NCBI RefSeq assembly: GCF_000015585.1
Contig: NC_008789.1
Coordinates: forward strand, 870,001 to 902,000
DNA length: 32,000 nt
Source: Halorhodospira halophila SL1
GTDB lineage: Bacteria; Pseudomonadota; Gammaproteobacteria; Nitrococcales; Halorhodospiraceae
Reading direction: 5' to 3'
Shown: in pieces, positions 1-7,681 of the stretch
How positions within the stretch are numbered: position 1 is the stretch's first letter
Layout: every line of letters begins with the position of its first letter
Program-made: the position numbers and the translations under genes
Notes under the pieces: generated by a model
What the model was told of the DNA's origin: nothing
The model's database searches: none
The model's input: the letters and a program-made list of their open reading frames with translations, nothing else

Positions 1-64
1 GTTGCAGCCACGCCCACAACCACAGCACTGCACTCGCCAACCCTTCCCAGGGCGTCGGAATGTT

Positions 65-565
65 TCAACCCCGATCCGACAGTGAGTGCACGTTTTCTTG
101 ATGAATGTCGCTCTTCGTCCTCGGGGTCGATAGCTCCTCTGCGCTGGCCGTCAGGAAGGCTTCGGCGCTCTGGGCCACGCCGTCCTCGGGGTTAATGGCG
201 ACCTCCTGTGGAGGCGTGCGCGCGATCGGACGTCCCTTGGGATACCGGTGAGGGTGCTCGGCGAAGTAGGCGTCGAGGGCGGCCTGGCGCTGTGCGCGGA
301 CGGCCTCGACGCGGCCCTCGAAGACCTCGGCCGGGGTGTAGTAGGCGAGACCCTCATGCGGGCGGTGCTTGTAGCTTTCCATGAACGCGCTCATCCACTC
401 GCGAGCGTGGTCGATGCCCTGGAACCGGCCGGGATACCCCGGGCTGTACTTGATCGTCTTGAAATGCGCCTCACTGAAGGGGTTGTCGTTGCTCACCCTC
501 GGCCGGGAATAGCTGCGCCGGACGCCGTGGCTGTCGAGGAACTCCCGATAGCTCTGGGCGATCAT
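65..565 (-). pseudogene. IS3-family transposase OrfB, C-terminal fragment (end of rve/DDE integrase core)
   Basis: The translation contains SRPRVSNDNPFSEAHFKTIKYSPGYPGRF...HRPHEGLAYYTPAEV, typical of IS3-family OrfB C-termini. It continues the reading frame of 2493..3086 once the inserted IS is removed. Confidence 0.8.
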
Positions 566-581
566 CCCCGAGTTCCACAGC
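566..581. repeat. Left terminal inverted repeat of the nested IS
   Basis: The reverse complement, GCTGTGGAACTCGGGG, matches 2476..2490 GCTGTGGAAGTCGGG except at one position. Confidence 0.75.
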
Positions 582-641
582 TATGCGCCTAAGTTGTTGA
601 GTCGCCGACGGCGCGACCCCCGAAAATGTCACAACAGGCCT

Positions 642-2372
642 TCAAGCCGGGTGCTGAGGCACCTCTACACCTAGCTCGTCGAAGAGCTGGAGTTGCTCCG
701 GTGTCGGCTTGGTCACCCGCTCGTAGTCCTGCCCGGCGAGGTGAACTTTGTGGCGCTGTATACGGCGCAGCGCCCGTAACGCGTTCTCCGGTGAGTAACC
801 GCTACCAGCCGCCTTGAGACGCCGGCGCAGGATGCGATGCAGAACCAGGGCCAGGAAGCAGATGAGCGCGTGGGCACGGACGCGCTCCGGCAGCCGGTGG
901 TAGACCGGCGCGATTTGGATGTCGCTCTTGAGCACGCGGAAGCCGCGCTCAATGTCCGCAAGGGCCCGATAGCGGTCGGCGATCTCGCTCGGCGAGTACT
1001 CGTGGAGGCTCGTGACCAGCAGCAGCTTGCCGTCGAGCCGCTCGGCGGCCGCCCACGCCTCTTCGTCGATGTCATAGCGGAATTGCTCGGCGCCGAGGTC
1101 GGCCTTGACGATGCTCGAGAGGCTGCTGCGCAGGACGTGCTGATGGAAGCGCCGATGGGCGCTGCGATCAGTCGAGCGCCGCCCGCGGCCGGGCTTTCCC
1201 GCATCCTGGTTGTCGAGTCGCTGGGCCAGGGCCTCGCCGATCTGCTCTAGCCGGTGGATCTTGTGCCGGCGCGAGGCCTGCTGTTCGGCAGCCCGTTGCG
1301 GGTTGTGCGCCACAATCAGCCGGCGCCCCTGCCAAGTGGTCTCGGTGACGGCTTCGCCCTCATGCTCTGCCGCCTGCTTCTCGAGCTGCGGCTGCAGCTC
1401 GCTCATCAAGCCGGTGAACTCCGCATACCGGCGTCCGGGCACCGCCAGGATGTAATCGATAGCCAGGTCGTGCTGCGCGCTGAGCGCCTCCAGCGTGTCG
1501 ACATTGTCGAGGCTGAGCAGCCCCCGATCCGCGACCACGGCCACACGCCTGATCGGGTAGCGGCTGAGCAGGCGCTGGAGCATGGGTGCCAGGGTGCGCG
1601 TCTCCGCGACATTGCCCTCGAAGACCTCGTGGGCGATCGGCAGGCCATCGGAGGTCTGCACGACCCCGAGGGCGAATTGGCGGGCAACGCCGCCTGTGTC
1701 CTTGCTCTTGCCGCGCTGGCGCAGATCGTCCGCGACCTCCTCCACACCGTGGATGCGCACCGTGGTGATGTCCCAGAACACGACGCTGAGCTCCTGATCG
1801 AGCAGGGGCTTGAGCTGCCCGGCAATGGCCTGCTCGACCCGCTCGGGGTGGTTCATCAGCGCGTCCATGGCGCGCAGCAGCTGCTCGTGGTGCAGTTGCT
1901 CAGAATCCACACCCGGGAGGCTGACATCCTCCTGAAGCCAGTCGAGCACGCCGCGCTTGCTCCGCGGTGCAGCCAGCCGGTTGAAGACCATGGCGCGGAT
2001 CAGCGCCTCCGCGTCGAACTCGCGCCGCGACGAGCGCAGCGCCTTGCGAAGGGCGTCATCCAGGCCGAGTTCCTGCCAGAGCTGATGGAGCGTCCAAAGG
2101 TCTCCGAAGGCGCGAGCACGCTGAAACTCCGGTTCCGCTCTCCGGGGCTCAGACCGCCCAACAGCGCGTTGCAGGCCCTCGATGAGGCCGTCCACCTCGT
2201 CATCGCTGAGTTGGTCGGCCCGCCCGAGGTTCGCGACGGTGCGTTGCTTCACCCGTCCGTTGTCGTCGCGGTAGCCCTCGACGAGGCGGACGTAGCGGCG
2301 GGGACCGGATCGGACGACGCGTACATACATGCCACGACCGTATAACCCCCTTGTTCTATTTTCAAGGGGCAT
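642..2372 (-). CDS. IS1634-family / IS4-like DDE transposase
   Basis: The N-terminus MYVRVVRSGPRRYVRLVEGYRDDNGRVKQRTVANLGR is the classic IS1634-family opening. DDE-type motifs are present: VVFWDITT, VVADRGLLS, and YRALADIERGFRVLKSD (Y-R-E-K region). The real start is probably the internal Met at ~2330. Confidence 0.85.
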   Translation of the reverse strand: MPLENRTRGLYGRGMYVRVVRSGPRRYVRLVEGYRDDNGRVKQRTVANLGRADQLSDDEVDGLIEGLQRAVGRSEPRRAEPEFQRARAFGDLWTLHQLWQELGLDDALRKALRSSRREFDAEALIRAMVFNRLAAPRSKRGVLDWLQEDVSLPGVDSEQLHHEQLLRAMDALMNHPERVEQAIAGQLKPLLDQELSVVFWDITTVRIHGVEEVADDLRQRGKSKDTGGVARQFALGVVQTSDGLPIAHEVFEGNVAETRTLAPMLQRLLSRYPIRRVAVVADRGLLSLDNVDTLEALSAQHDLAIDYILAVPGRRYAEFTGLMSELQPQLEKQAAEHEGEAVTETTWQGRRLIVAHNPQRAAEQQASRRHKIHRLEQIGEALAQRLDNQDAGKPGRGRRSTDRSAHRRFHQHVLRSSLSSIVKADLGAEQFRYDIDEEAWAAAERLDGKLLLVTSLHEYSPSEIADRYRALADIERGFRVLKSDIQIAPVYHRLPERVRAHALICFLALVLHRILRRRLKAAGSGYSPENALRALRRIQRHKVHLAGQDYERVTKPTPEQLQLFDELGVEVPQHPA

Positions 2373-2432
2373 AGCGATCGTGGCGTGTCACAACAAGGGG
2401 TCCGCGCTACGCGCCGCGGGAAGACAGGAGGA

Positions 2433-3086
2433 TCAGCACGTTATCTTCCACTGACTGGGGGTGTGCCGGGGCTCTGCTGTGGAAGTCGGGATCATCGGGG
2501 CTCCGCGGTCCTGGTGGACGGTGAGCTCGCCGGGCCGGATGGCATAGCGCTCCAGGGCCTCGCGGAAGAGGTGCTGCGCTAGGGCGGCGTTCTCCTTGCG
2601 CGAGATCATCCACGCCACCGGGTAGCGGGAGAACAGGTCCAGGACCTCGTAGAGGTTGAGGTAGACCCCCTTCCGGACCGTGGGCAACTTACTGATATCC
2701 CAGGACCAGCCCTCGTTGGGGCCACGGACCACGATCTGCGGCTTCACATGCCGCTGTGGCGGTCGCTGGTTGCGCCGCTCCTGGGTCTGCTCCCGCCGCC
2801 GCAAGATCCGGTAGATCGTGGATACCGAGGGCATCGGTCGCCCCTGATTCAGCTCCCGGGCATGGATGACCCGTACCGTTTCGTCCGCGTACGCGGTGCT
2901 GTTCACCGTCTCGAGGACGTGCTCGGCCTCCGCCTCCGAGAGCTGGCGCGGTTGCTTGCGTCCCTCTGTGGCCGCCTGGGCCCGTGACCGCCGTCGACGG
3001 GGATAGGTCCCCGTGCGGGAGAGCCCGAGGGCGTCACAGGCCCGGCTGCGGGGGACATGCGTGGGGCGCTCCACCAGGCAGCTCAT
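2433..3086 (-). pseudogene. IS3-family transposase OrfB, N-terminal fragment; authentic sequence ends at 2493, and the tail 2433..2492 is read-through into the inserted IS
   Basis: VHQDRGAPM is the first catalytic-Asp region of an rve domain. The frame then runs into the IS terminal repeat. The ATG at 3086..3084 overlaps the orfA stop (ATGA). Confidence 0.8.
2476..2490. repeat. Right terminal inverted repeat of the nested IS
   Basis: This is the partner of 566..581. It is immediately followed by the ATCAT target-site duplicate (2491..2495). Confidence 0.75.
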
Positions 3087-3466
3087 TGCGAGCTCCCGTT
3101 GAGGTCCTCGGACAGGGTAGCTAGTTTTTTTTGCAGCTCGACAAGGTCTTCAGCGACCTTGGCACGCTTTTCGAGCCGCGCCTTCTCCTTCTCGAGTTGC
3201 TCGATGCGCCGGTCACGATCATCCTTGGCCTTGCGGCCACCGGAGCTGGGCTCCAGGCCCTGTGTCCCTTGCTCCGTCAGGGTCTTGCGCCAGTTGGCCA
3301 GCTGGCTCGCATAGAGCCCCTGCTGCCGGAGCCAGGCGGTCTTCTCCCCCTTCGGGAGGGCGTCATGCTCCTCGAGAAGCCGCTGCTTCTCGGCGCTGCT
3401 GAACCGCCGCCGGGTTCGCCGCTCGAGGGTCGGCTCCGGCTGGACTTCCTCGCTCTGATCGGTCAT
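3083..3466 (-). CDS. IS3-family OrfA (HTH transposase accessory protein with leucine-zipper-like tail)
   Basis: RRRFSSAEKQRLLEEHD...WLRQQGLYASQLANWRK is a helix-turn-helix. It is followed by the charged coiled segment RRIEQLEKEKARLEKRAKVAEDLVELQKK, as in IS3/IS911-type OrfA. Confidence 0.8.
   Translation of the reverse strand: MTDQSEEVQPEPTLERRTRRRFSSAEKQRLLEEHDALPKGEKTAWLRQQGLYASQLANWRKTLTEQGTQGLEPSSGGRKAKDDRDRRIEQLEKEKARLEKRAKVAEDLVELQKKLATLSEDLNGSSQ
3125..3132 (-). promoter_or_regulatory. Programmed -1 ribosomal frameshift slippery run (A8 on the minus strand) generating the OrfAB transposase
   Basis: The minus strand reads CAAAAAAAAC inside orfA, ~40 nt before its stop. The -1 frame is open from this run through the orfB ATG (KKTSYPVRGPQRELAMSCL...). 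Confidence 0.6.
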
Positions 3467-4080
3467 CGGGTCATCCTCCGCTCAGCGCCTCTACGTTATA
3501 CAAGAAAAACGCTTGGCACTGTCGGGCACGAGGCTGACACATAGGGACATGCCACGCGCCGTGCGGCACTTTGCGGCACTTTGAGGCCGCCGGGCTGGAA
3601 CCCATCCCGGCACCAACCCGCCACAAGACCGGCGTCGAAGCCCGCGACGAGTCGAGCTATTGGGTGCCCTCGGCGAAGGCGCTGCGCATGACCGAGCGGG
3701 CGCTTTATGAGTACATGGGGTTGGTGGCAGCGCGGTTTTGAGGCGGCGGTGTTGTCGGAGCCGACGTTAAGCTGCCGGGGCGCCTTAGTATCTGCCCGCA
3801 GGACGGCTACCGCCTACGATCCCTACGCCTACGCGGCCAAGGAGATCGGGGTCGATCTCTACACCAAGCCGAACAACTCGCGGCGCGCACGTGGACCGCC
3901 CTACTGACGGTGGGGATGATGATGGGCGGGCGTTTTAGCCCACGTCAGAGGGGAAAGGGCTGCGCCATACGCCCTTTCAACCAGGGAGCGAGTCGTCGGT
4001 GAAGGCCTCATCGACCGTCTCCGCCCGCAACAACCGAATGGACACCGCGACCTTCGAGGTTGCGCCCTGAGGCGAGTGCT

Positions 4081-4106
4081 GCTTAGTCTAGTCTTCTAGA
4101 CTAAGC
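4081..4106. promoter_or_regulatory. Perfect 11-bp-arm palindrome; probable operator of the Phd-PIN TA operon
   Basis: The sequence is GCTTAGTCTAG-tctt-CTAGACTAAGC. It ends 28 nt upstream of the antitoxin ATG at 4134. Confidence 0.5.
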
Positions 4107-4133
4107 CCGCCGCGTCACCATGCGCTTGCCCAC

Positions 4134-4421
4134 ATGATTGAGACCATCAACATCCACGAGGCCAAGACACACTTGTCCCGTATCCTGGACCGGGTTAGTC
4201 AGGGCGAGTCGGTCATCATCGCCCGAGCCGGCCAACCGGTCGCTCGCCTGTCCCGTGTGGAGGCACCACAGCCTGGAACCCGTCAGCGCATCGGCTTCCT
4301 GAAGGGGCAGATCGAGGTGCCGGACGACTTCGATCGGATGGGCGATCAAGCCATCATCGACGCCTTCCACGGAGACGACCCCGCCCTCCATGGAACGGAT
4401 TCCGATGCACCTGCTCCTTGA
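4134..4421 (+). CDS. Type II antitoxin, Phd/YefM family
   Basis: MIETINIHEAKTHLSRILDRVSQGESVIIARAGQPVARL is a typical Phd/YefM N-terminal fold. The gene overlaps the downstream PIN gene. Confidence 0.8.
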   Translation: MIETINIHEAKTHLSRILDRVSQGESVIIARAGQPVARLSRVEAPQPGTRQRIGFLKGQIEVPDDFDRMGDQAIIDAFHGDDPALHGTDSDAPAP

Positions 4422-4791
4422 TACCCACATCCTGCTTTGGGCCGCCGCAGATTCCCCCCGGCTCTCCCAGGAAGCCAGGGAACTCCTCCTGGATCCGGAG
4501 CATCAGCTCGCCTACAGCGCTGCAAGCCTATGGGAGATCACCATCAAGCGCGGACTGGGCCGTGACGACTTCCGAGTGGAACCGTCGGTGCTCAGGCGCG
4601 AGCTCATGGAACATGGCTATGAGGAGCTGGCCATCCGCGGCCCTCACACGCTCGCCGTGGGCAACCTCCCGGACGTGCACAAAGACCCGTTTGATCGGAT
4701 GCTCGTTGCCCAGGCCCAGGTCGAGGGCTACACGTTGCTGACCCGTGACCATCAAGTCGCACAGTATCCGGGACCGATCCGGCTGGTTTAG
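4390..4791 (+). CDS. vapC: Type II toxin, PIN-domain ribonuclease (VapC family)
   Basis: Motifs LLLDTHILLW, SAASLWEITIK and HKDPFDRMLVAQAQVEGYTLLTRD carry the PIN acidic residues. The start may be the second ATG at 4405. Confidence 0.85.
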   Translation: MERIPMHLLLDTHILLWAAADSPRLSQEARELLLDPEHQLAYSAASLWEITIKRGLGRDDFRVEPSVLRRELMEHGYEELAIRGPHTLAVGNLPDVHKDPFDRMLVAQAQVEGYTLLTRDHQVAQYPGPIRLV

Positions 4792-4833
4792 TCGCATCGC
4801 CCGCTCGATACCCACAGCACAATCAGACGCTCG

Positions 4834-5070
4834 ATGAGTCAGCCGACACCCGACCACGACCAGGACTTCAAGAACCTCATCGTCGACTACCCCCGCGAGG
4901 CCATCGGCTTCTTCGCCGGGCAGGAGGCAGCACGCGTCGACGAAAATGCCCGCGTGCTGCCCATCCGCCAGGAGCAGCTCAAGGAACGCCTGGGTCACCA
5001 TTACCGGGAACTCGACGACAATGAGCACAAGCTGTTCAGACAGCGCTATCCCGACGAGGAGGCCATCATG
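4834..5070 (+). pseudogene. Remnant of an Rpn/YhgA-like (PD-(D/E)XK putative transposase) family gene, internally deleted
   Basis: The N-terminus DHDQDFKNLIVDYPREAIGFFAG...PIRQEQLKERLGHHYRELD resembles that family's opening. It jumps directly to a C-terminal-like segment (LFRQRYPDEEAIMTG) and then runs into unrelated sequence. Confidence 0.3.
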
Positions 5071-5081
5071 ACCGGGATCGG

Positions 5082-5180
5082 CAGCCCGGCGGCGTGCCCG
5101 AGACCCACTCGGATATCTCCGACCTGGCGCGCGATACCGGCTACCGGCCGCAGGTCTCCGTCAAGGAGGGCGTGCGGCGC
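5082..5180 (+). pseudogene. C-terminal remnant of an NAD-dependent sugar epimerase (UDP-glucuronate 4-epimerase-like SDR)
   Basis: A different frame from the 4834 ORF reads QPGGVPETHSDISDLARDTGYRPQVSVKEGVRR. This matches the conserved QPGDVP-T-AD...L....G..P.T..EEG..RF tail of extended SDR epimerases. No upstream body is present. Confidence 0.5.
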
Positions 5181-5338
5181 ACTCTTCGGGAGCTGGGCGT
5201 TCGGCGAGCACCTGAAGGCGTAATGGGACATCGGCCGGCCCTTATCGAGCGAACTTGAGGCGGCCGAACGTTATGAGTTGATGCCCGTCCGATCTGCTAT
5301 CATGTGCTAGCAGTCAGGAGGCCACGGGGAACCAGCCC

Positions 5339-5569
5339 ATGAGCAGCATCAGCGTCCGCCGCCTGGATGAGGAGACACTCCGGCGACTGCGCGCCCGGGC
5401 CGATCGGCACGGCGTATCCATGGAGGAGGAGGTGCGGCGCATCCTGCAGTCGGCCGTCTCGGGTCCGGAGCGCTTGGGCGATCTCGCCCGGACCACGTTC
5501 GGCCCCACGCACGGCGTTGAGCTTGAACTCCCGCGCCATGACCCACACGATCCGATTACGCCAGAATGA
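5339..5569 (+). CDS. Type II antitoxin, ribbon-helix-helix (FitA/VapB-like)
   Basis: MSSISVRRLDEETLRRLRARADRHGVSMEEEVRRIL is a canonical Arc/MetJ-type RHH. Its stop overlaps the PIN start (ATGA at 5566). Confidence 0.75.
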   Translation: MSSISVRRLDEETLRRLRARADRHGVSMEEEVRRILQSAVSGPERLGDLARTTFGPTHGVELELPRHDPHDPITPE

Positions 5570-5920
5570 CGATCGTGCTCGACACCAATGTCGTCTCCGA
5601 GGTGATGCGCCCGCATCCAGAATCGGCAGTGATCGAGTGGCTGAATAGCACCGATGGCAAATCATTATACGTAAGCACGATCACCATCGCCGAGATCGAG
5701 TACGGCCTTCACGCCATGCCCGAGGGACAGCGTCGCGAAGACCTTCGCGCACGCTTTGAGACCTTTATCCACACGGCCTTTGCGCAGCGCGTTCTCGGGT
5801 TCGATGAACCGTCTGCTCGCCACTACGGGCGCATAATGGCGGCTCGACGCCAAGAGGGCCGGCCCCTGTCGGCGCCGGATGGGCACCGCAGGCCGCAACG
5901 AGCCGGAGCGGGCTTGGACA
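5566..5920 (+). pseudogene. vapC: PIN-domain toxin (FitB/VapC-like) with a degenerate 3' end
   Basis: IVLDTNVVSE, ITIAEIEYG and GRPLSAPDG give the first three PIN acidic positions. The expected IAA...TRN..DF segment is missing, and the frame runs on without a stop into the converging yoeB gene (track ORF to 6033). Confidence 0.65.
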
Positions 5921-6175
5921 TCAATAGTGATAGCGGAGCTGCGCGATCAAGAGCCCGTCGTCCCCGACTTTGTACACCATCCGGTACTCCTCATCGATCC
6001 GGCGAGACCAGTAGCCGGCAAGGCCGTGCTTGAGTGGCTCGGGCTTGCCGAGGCCCTCAAAGGGCGCGCGCTGGGTCTCCCGGATCAGCTTGTTGATCCG
6101 CCGCAGGGTCGCCTTATCGTTCTTTTGCCAATAGAGGTAGTCTTCCCAGGCGTTCTCGGAGAAGATCAGCCTCAT
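5921..6175 (-). CDS. yoeB: YoeB/Txe toxin (ribosome-dependent mRNA interferase)
   Basis: Near full-length similarity to E. coli YoeB as I recall it: WEDYLYWQ..DK...RINKLI....R.PFEG.GKPEPLKH.L.G.WSRRI.EE.R.VY.V.DD.LLIA..RYHY. Confidence 0.95.
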   Translation of the reverse strand: MRLIFSENAWEDYLYWQKNDKATLRRINKLIRETQRAPFEGLGKPEPLKHGLAGYWSRRIDEEYRMVYKVGDDGLLIAQLRYHY

Positions 6176-6423
6176 TCCATAAGGTCCCTCTCCTGGCCAC
6201 CACCCCGTTCCAAATCGGCGACGGACTCCAGCAGACGCCGAGCATTCTTCGGGGAGCGGAGCAGGTAAGCAGTCTCTTGCAGCGCCTCGTAGTCCTCAAG
6301 GGAGATCATGACCACGGACTGCGCCTTGTTCCGGGTGATGATAATCGGTGCGTGGTCCTCGCAGACTTTGTCCATGGTACTCGCGAGCTGGCGGCGTGCT
6401 GCTGTGTAGCTGATCGCGTCCAT
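6172..6423 (-). CDS. yefM: YefM antitoxin
   Basis: The internal Met at 6423 gives MDAISYTAARRQLASTMDKVCEDHAPIIITRN...ETAYLLRSPKNARRLLES, collinear with E. coli YefM. The stop overlaps the yoeB start. The track ORF extension to 6579 is upstream read-through. Confidence 0.95.
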   Translation of the reverse strand: MDAISYTAARRQLASTMDKVCEDHAPIIITRNKAQSVVMISLEDYEALQETAYLLRSPKNARRLLESVADLERGGGQERDLME

Positions 6424-6433
6424 GGGCGGCTCC

Positions 6434-6469
6434 TGTACAATAGACTCCACATGTACATTTTGTCGTACA
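6434..6469. promoter_or_regulatory. yefM-yoeB operator region: three (T/C)GTACA cores
   Basis: TGTACA lies at 6434..6439 and 6452..6457, and CGTACA at 6464..6469. Centre spacings are 18 and 12 bp. The proximal core abuts the AGGAG Shine-Dalgarno of yefM. Confidence 0.6.
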
Positions 6470-6479
6470 TAACCGAATC

Positions 6480-6990
6480 TGGCAACTTTGCCGATACCCC
6501 CCAGGCGTTGGCCAGTAAGCACCTTGATCGGCCGCCCATCGGCGCGGGTAAAGACATGGTCTTCGGGCTCCTTGGCCACGACATGCTGCCGGAGTTCCTC
6601 GGCGGGCGTGGGGGATAAGGGGATCTCGCGCCGGGTCTTGGGGTGCTTGAGCGTCGTCTGCTGTTCCGGCAGTGCAGAGGAAGACGCTGAACATTCTCAG
6701 TAGCGGCTCCCAGACGGTGGCATTAGGAGCCTTGCCTCTTGTCACACCTGCTTGCCGCAGAGCGCTTGGCTGTGTGTTTAGGTGACTGTTTTTAAAGGTT
6801 TTCCCGAGGCGAGGCGGTGGTGACGAATGGGCGGGACTATTCCAGCCAATCGGGCCGCCGATACCCCTAAAGCGGGGCAAAGCGCTGCGCGATGTGGTGG
6901 CGACGGACTCGCTCTCGCCCAAGCCGCGCAGGTAGTCCTCCAAGGCATGGTCAGATCCCCTTGGGCACGGGGGCAACCCGGCCGGACGCG
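6480..6990 (-). pseudogene. Degraded tyrosine-recombinase (phage-type integrase) remnant
   Basis: One frame (~6520..6657) reads TLKHPKTRREIPLSPTPAEELRQHVVAKEPEDHVFTRADGRPIK, the K-T-x-R-x-(I/V)-PL ... VF ... G.P pattern of integrases. Another frame (~6900..6950) reads ALEDYLRGLGESESVATTSRSALPRF, which is core-binding-domain-like. No catalytic HxxR/Y region remains. Confidence 0.35.
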
Positions 6991-7015
6991 AACAGGGAGG
7001 CGCCAACGAGCCACC

Positions 7016-7422
7016 TTACGGGATCGACCAGTCCTCAACGACCAGCCCAGGAACCCGGTCGAACTCCGGTTTATTGGCGGTAACCACCACTAAATCCTGC
7101 GCGCGAGCATGCGCTGCGATCCATAGATCATTGGCGCCAGTAGGCGTGCCGGCACGCTCCACGTCGCACCGTATCGCTGCATACTCGGCTTCGATCGGCC
7201 TTTCCAGGGAAAGGATCGTAAGGGCGCGCAGAACCGCTCCCATCTGCTGGCTTAGCCTCGCCGCGCCTTCCTTAGCGGCACCGTAGCGCAGCTCTCCGGC
7301 CACAATGAGGCTGGTACAGACTGCACCTCACCAACGCCCCGAACCCGGTTGGCCACGGCACCGCGCGGTCGCGTAATCAGCGCCGAGACCATGTTGGTAT
7401 CGAGCAGGTAGCTCGGCACCAT
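7016..7422 (-). pseudogene. vapC: PIN-domain toxin VapC, frameshifted
   Basis: The N-terminal frame from the ATG at 7422 reads MVPSYLLDTNMVSALITRPRGAVANRV. The C-terminal frame (7303..7016) reads (AVCTSL)IVAGELRYGAAK...GANDLWIAAHARAQDLVVVTANKPEFDRV. The two frames differ by one nucleotide, with the switch between ~7300 and 7328. Confidence 0.75.
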
Positions 7423-7424
7423 CC

Positions 7425-7664
7425 TTAGAGCTCGACCGGGTCGTTGGGAGGCAGCTCGGCATCCACATCCGGGAAAGACTCATCGAGGTCCTCGAGGCCG
7501 TCCAGGGTGGCGATCAAACCTTTTCGGCGGACAGGCTCCAGGATCAGGCAATCTCCTTCGCGGCGAAGCACAGCCTCATCACTATCCAGCTCGAAGCCGC
7601 GAGGGATCCTGACGGCCTGATTCCGCCCGTTACGGAAGATCCGGACCGTGCGCTTTTCTTCCAC
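7425..7664 (-). CDS. vapB: Type II antitoxin VapB, AbrB/MazE/SpoVT fold
   Basis: RIFRNGRNQAVRIPRGFELDSDEAVLRREGDCLILEP is the typical SpoVT/AbrB swapped-hairpin motif. It has a GTG start preceded by GGAGG. Its stop is 2 nt before the vapC ATG. Confidence 0.85.
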   Translation of the reverse strand: MEEKRTVRIFRNGRNQAVRIPRGFELDSDEAVLRREGDCLILEPVRRKGLIATLDGLEDLDESFPDVDAELPPNDPVEL

Positions 7665-7681
7665 GACACCTCCGGGTCATC

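Larger units (their letters stand above)
566..2490 (-). mobile_element. IS1634-family (IS4-like) insertion sequence, 1925 bp, nested inside IS3 orfB
   Basis: Terminal inverted repeats are 566..581 CCCCGAGTTCCACAGC and 2476..2490 GCTGTGGAAGTCGGG, with one internal mismatch. They are flanked by direct ATCAT copies at 561..565 and 2491..2495. A single long transposase ORF lies inside. Confidence 0.8.
1..3541 (-). mobile_element. IS3-family insertion sequence (orfA + orfB), interrupted by a second IS; far end lies at or just beyond the window start
   Basis: Minus-strand orfA (3466..3083) and orfB (3086..2493 plus 565..65) are in a -1 frame relationship. The terminus is inferred at ~3541, where the minus strand reads TGTGTCAGCCTCGTGCCCGACAG. 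Window bases ~2..25 (TTGCAGCCACGCCCACAACC) look like an imperfect inverted partner, so that end is uncertain or cut off. Confidence 0.7.

Noticed and set aside
1254-2345. 363-aa plus-strand ORF inside the nested IS
   Set aside because: It is antisense to the IS1634-type transposase, which has unambiguous family motifs. No independent support.
3707-3907. 66-aa ORF in the gap between the IS3 element and TA1
   Set aside because: No RBS, no motif and atypical composition. The region looks like non-coding or degraded DNA.
3953-3978. 8-bp-stem hairpin GAAAGGGC-N10-GCCCTTTC
   Set aside because: It has no flanking U-tract on either strand and no adjacent gene end, so I cannot support it as a terminator or an RNA.
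6296-7006. 236-aa minus-strand ORF
   Set aside because: It is not a coherent protein. It overlaps yefM out of frame, and only a short stretch (ALEDYLRGLGESES...) looks like coding remnant. I treated that stretch as part of a decayed integrase.
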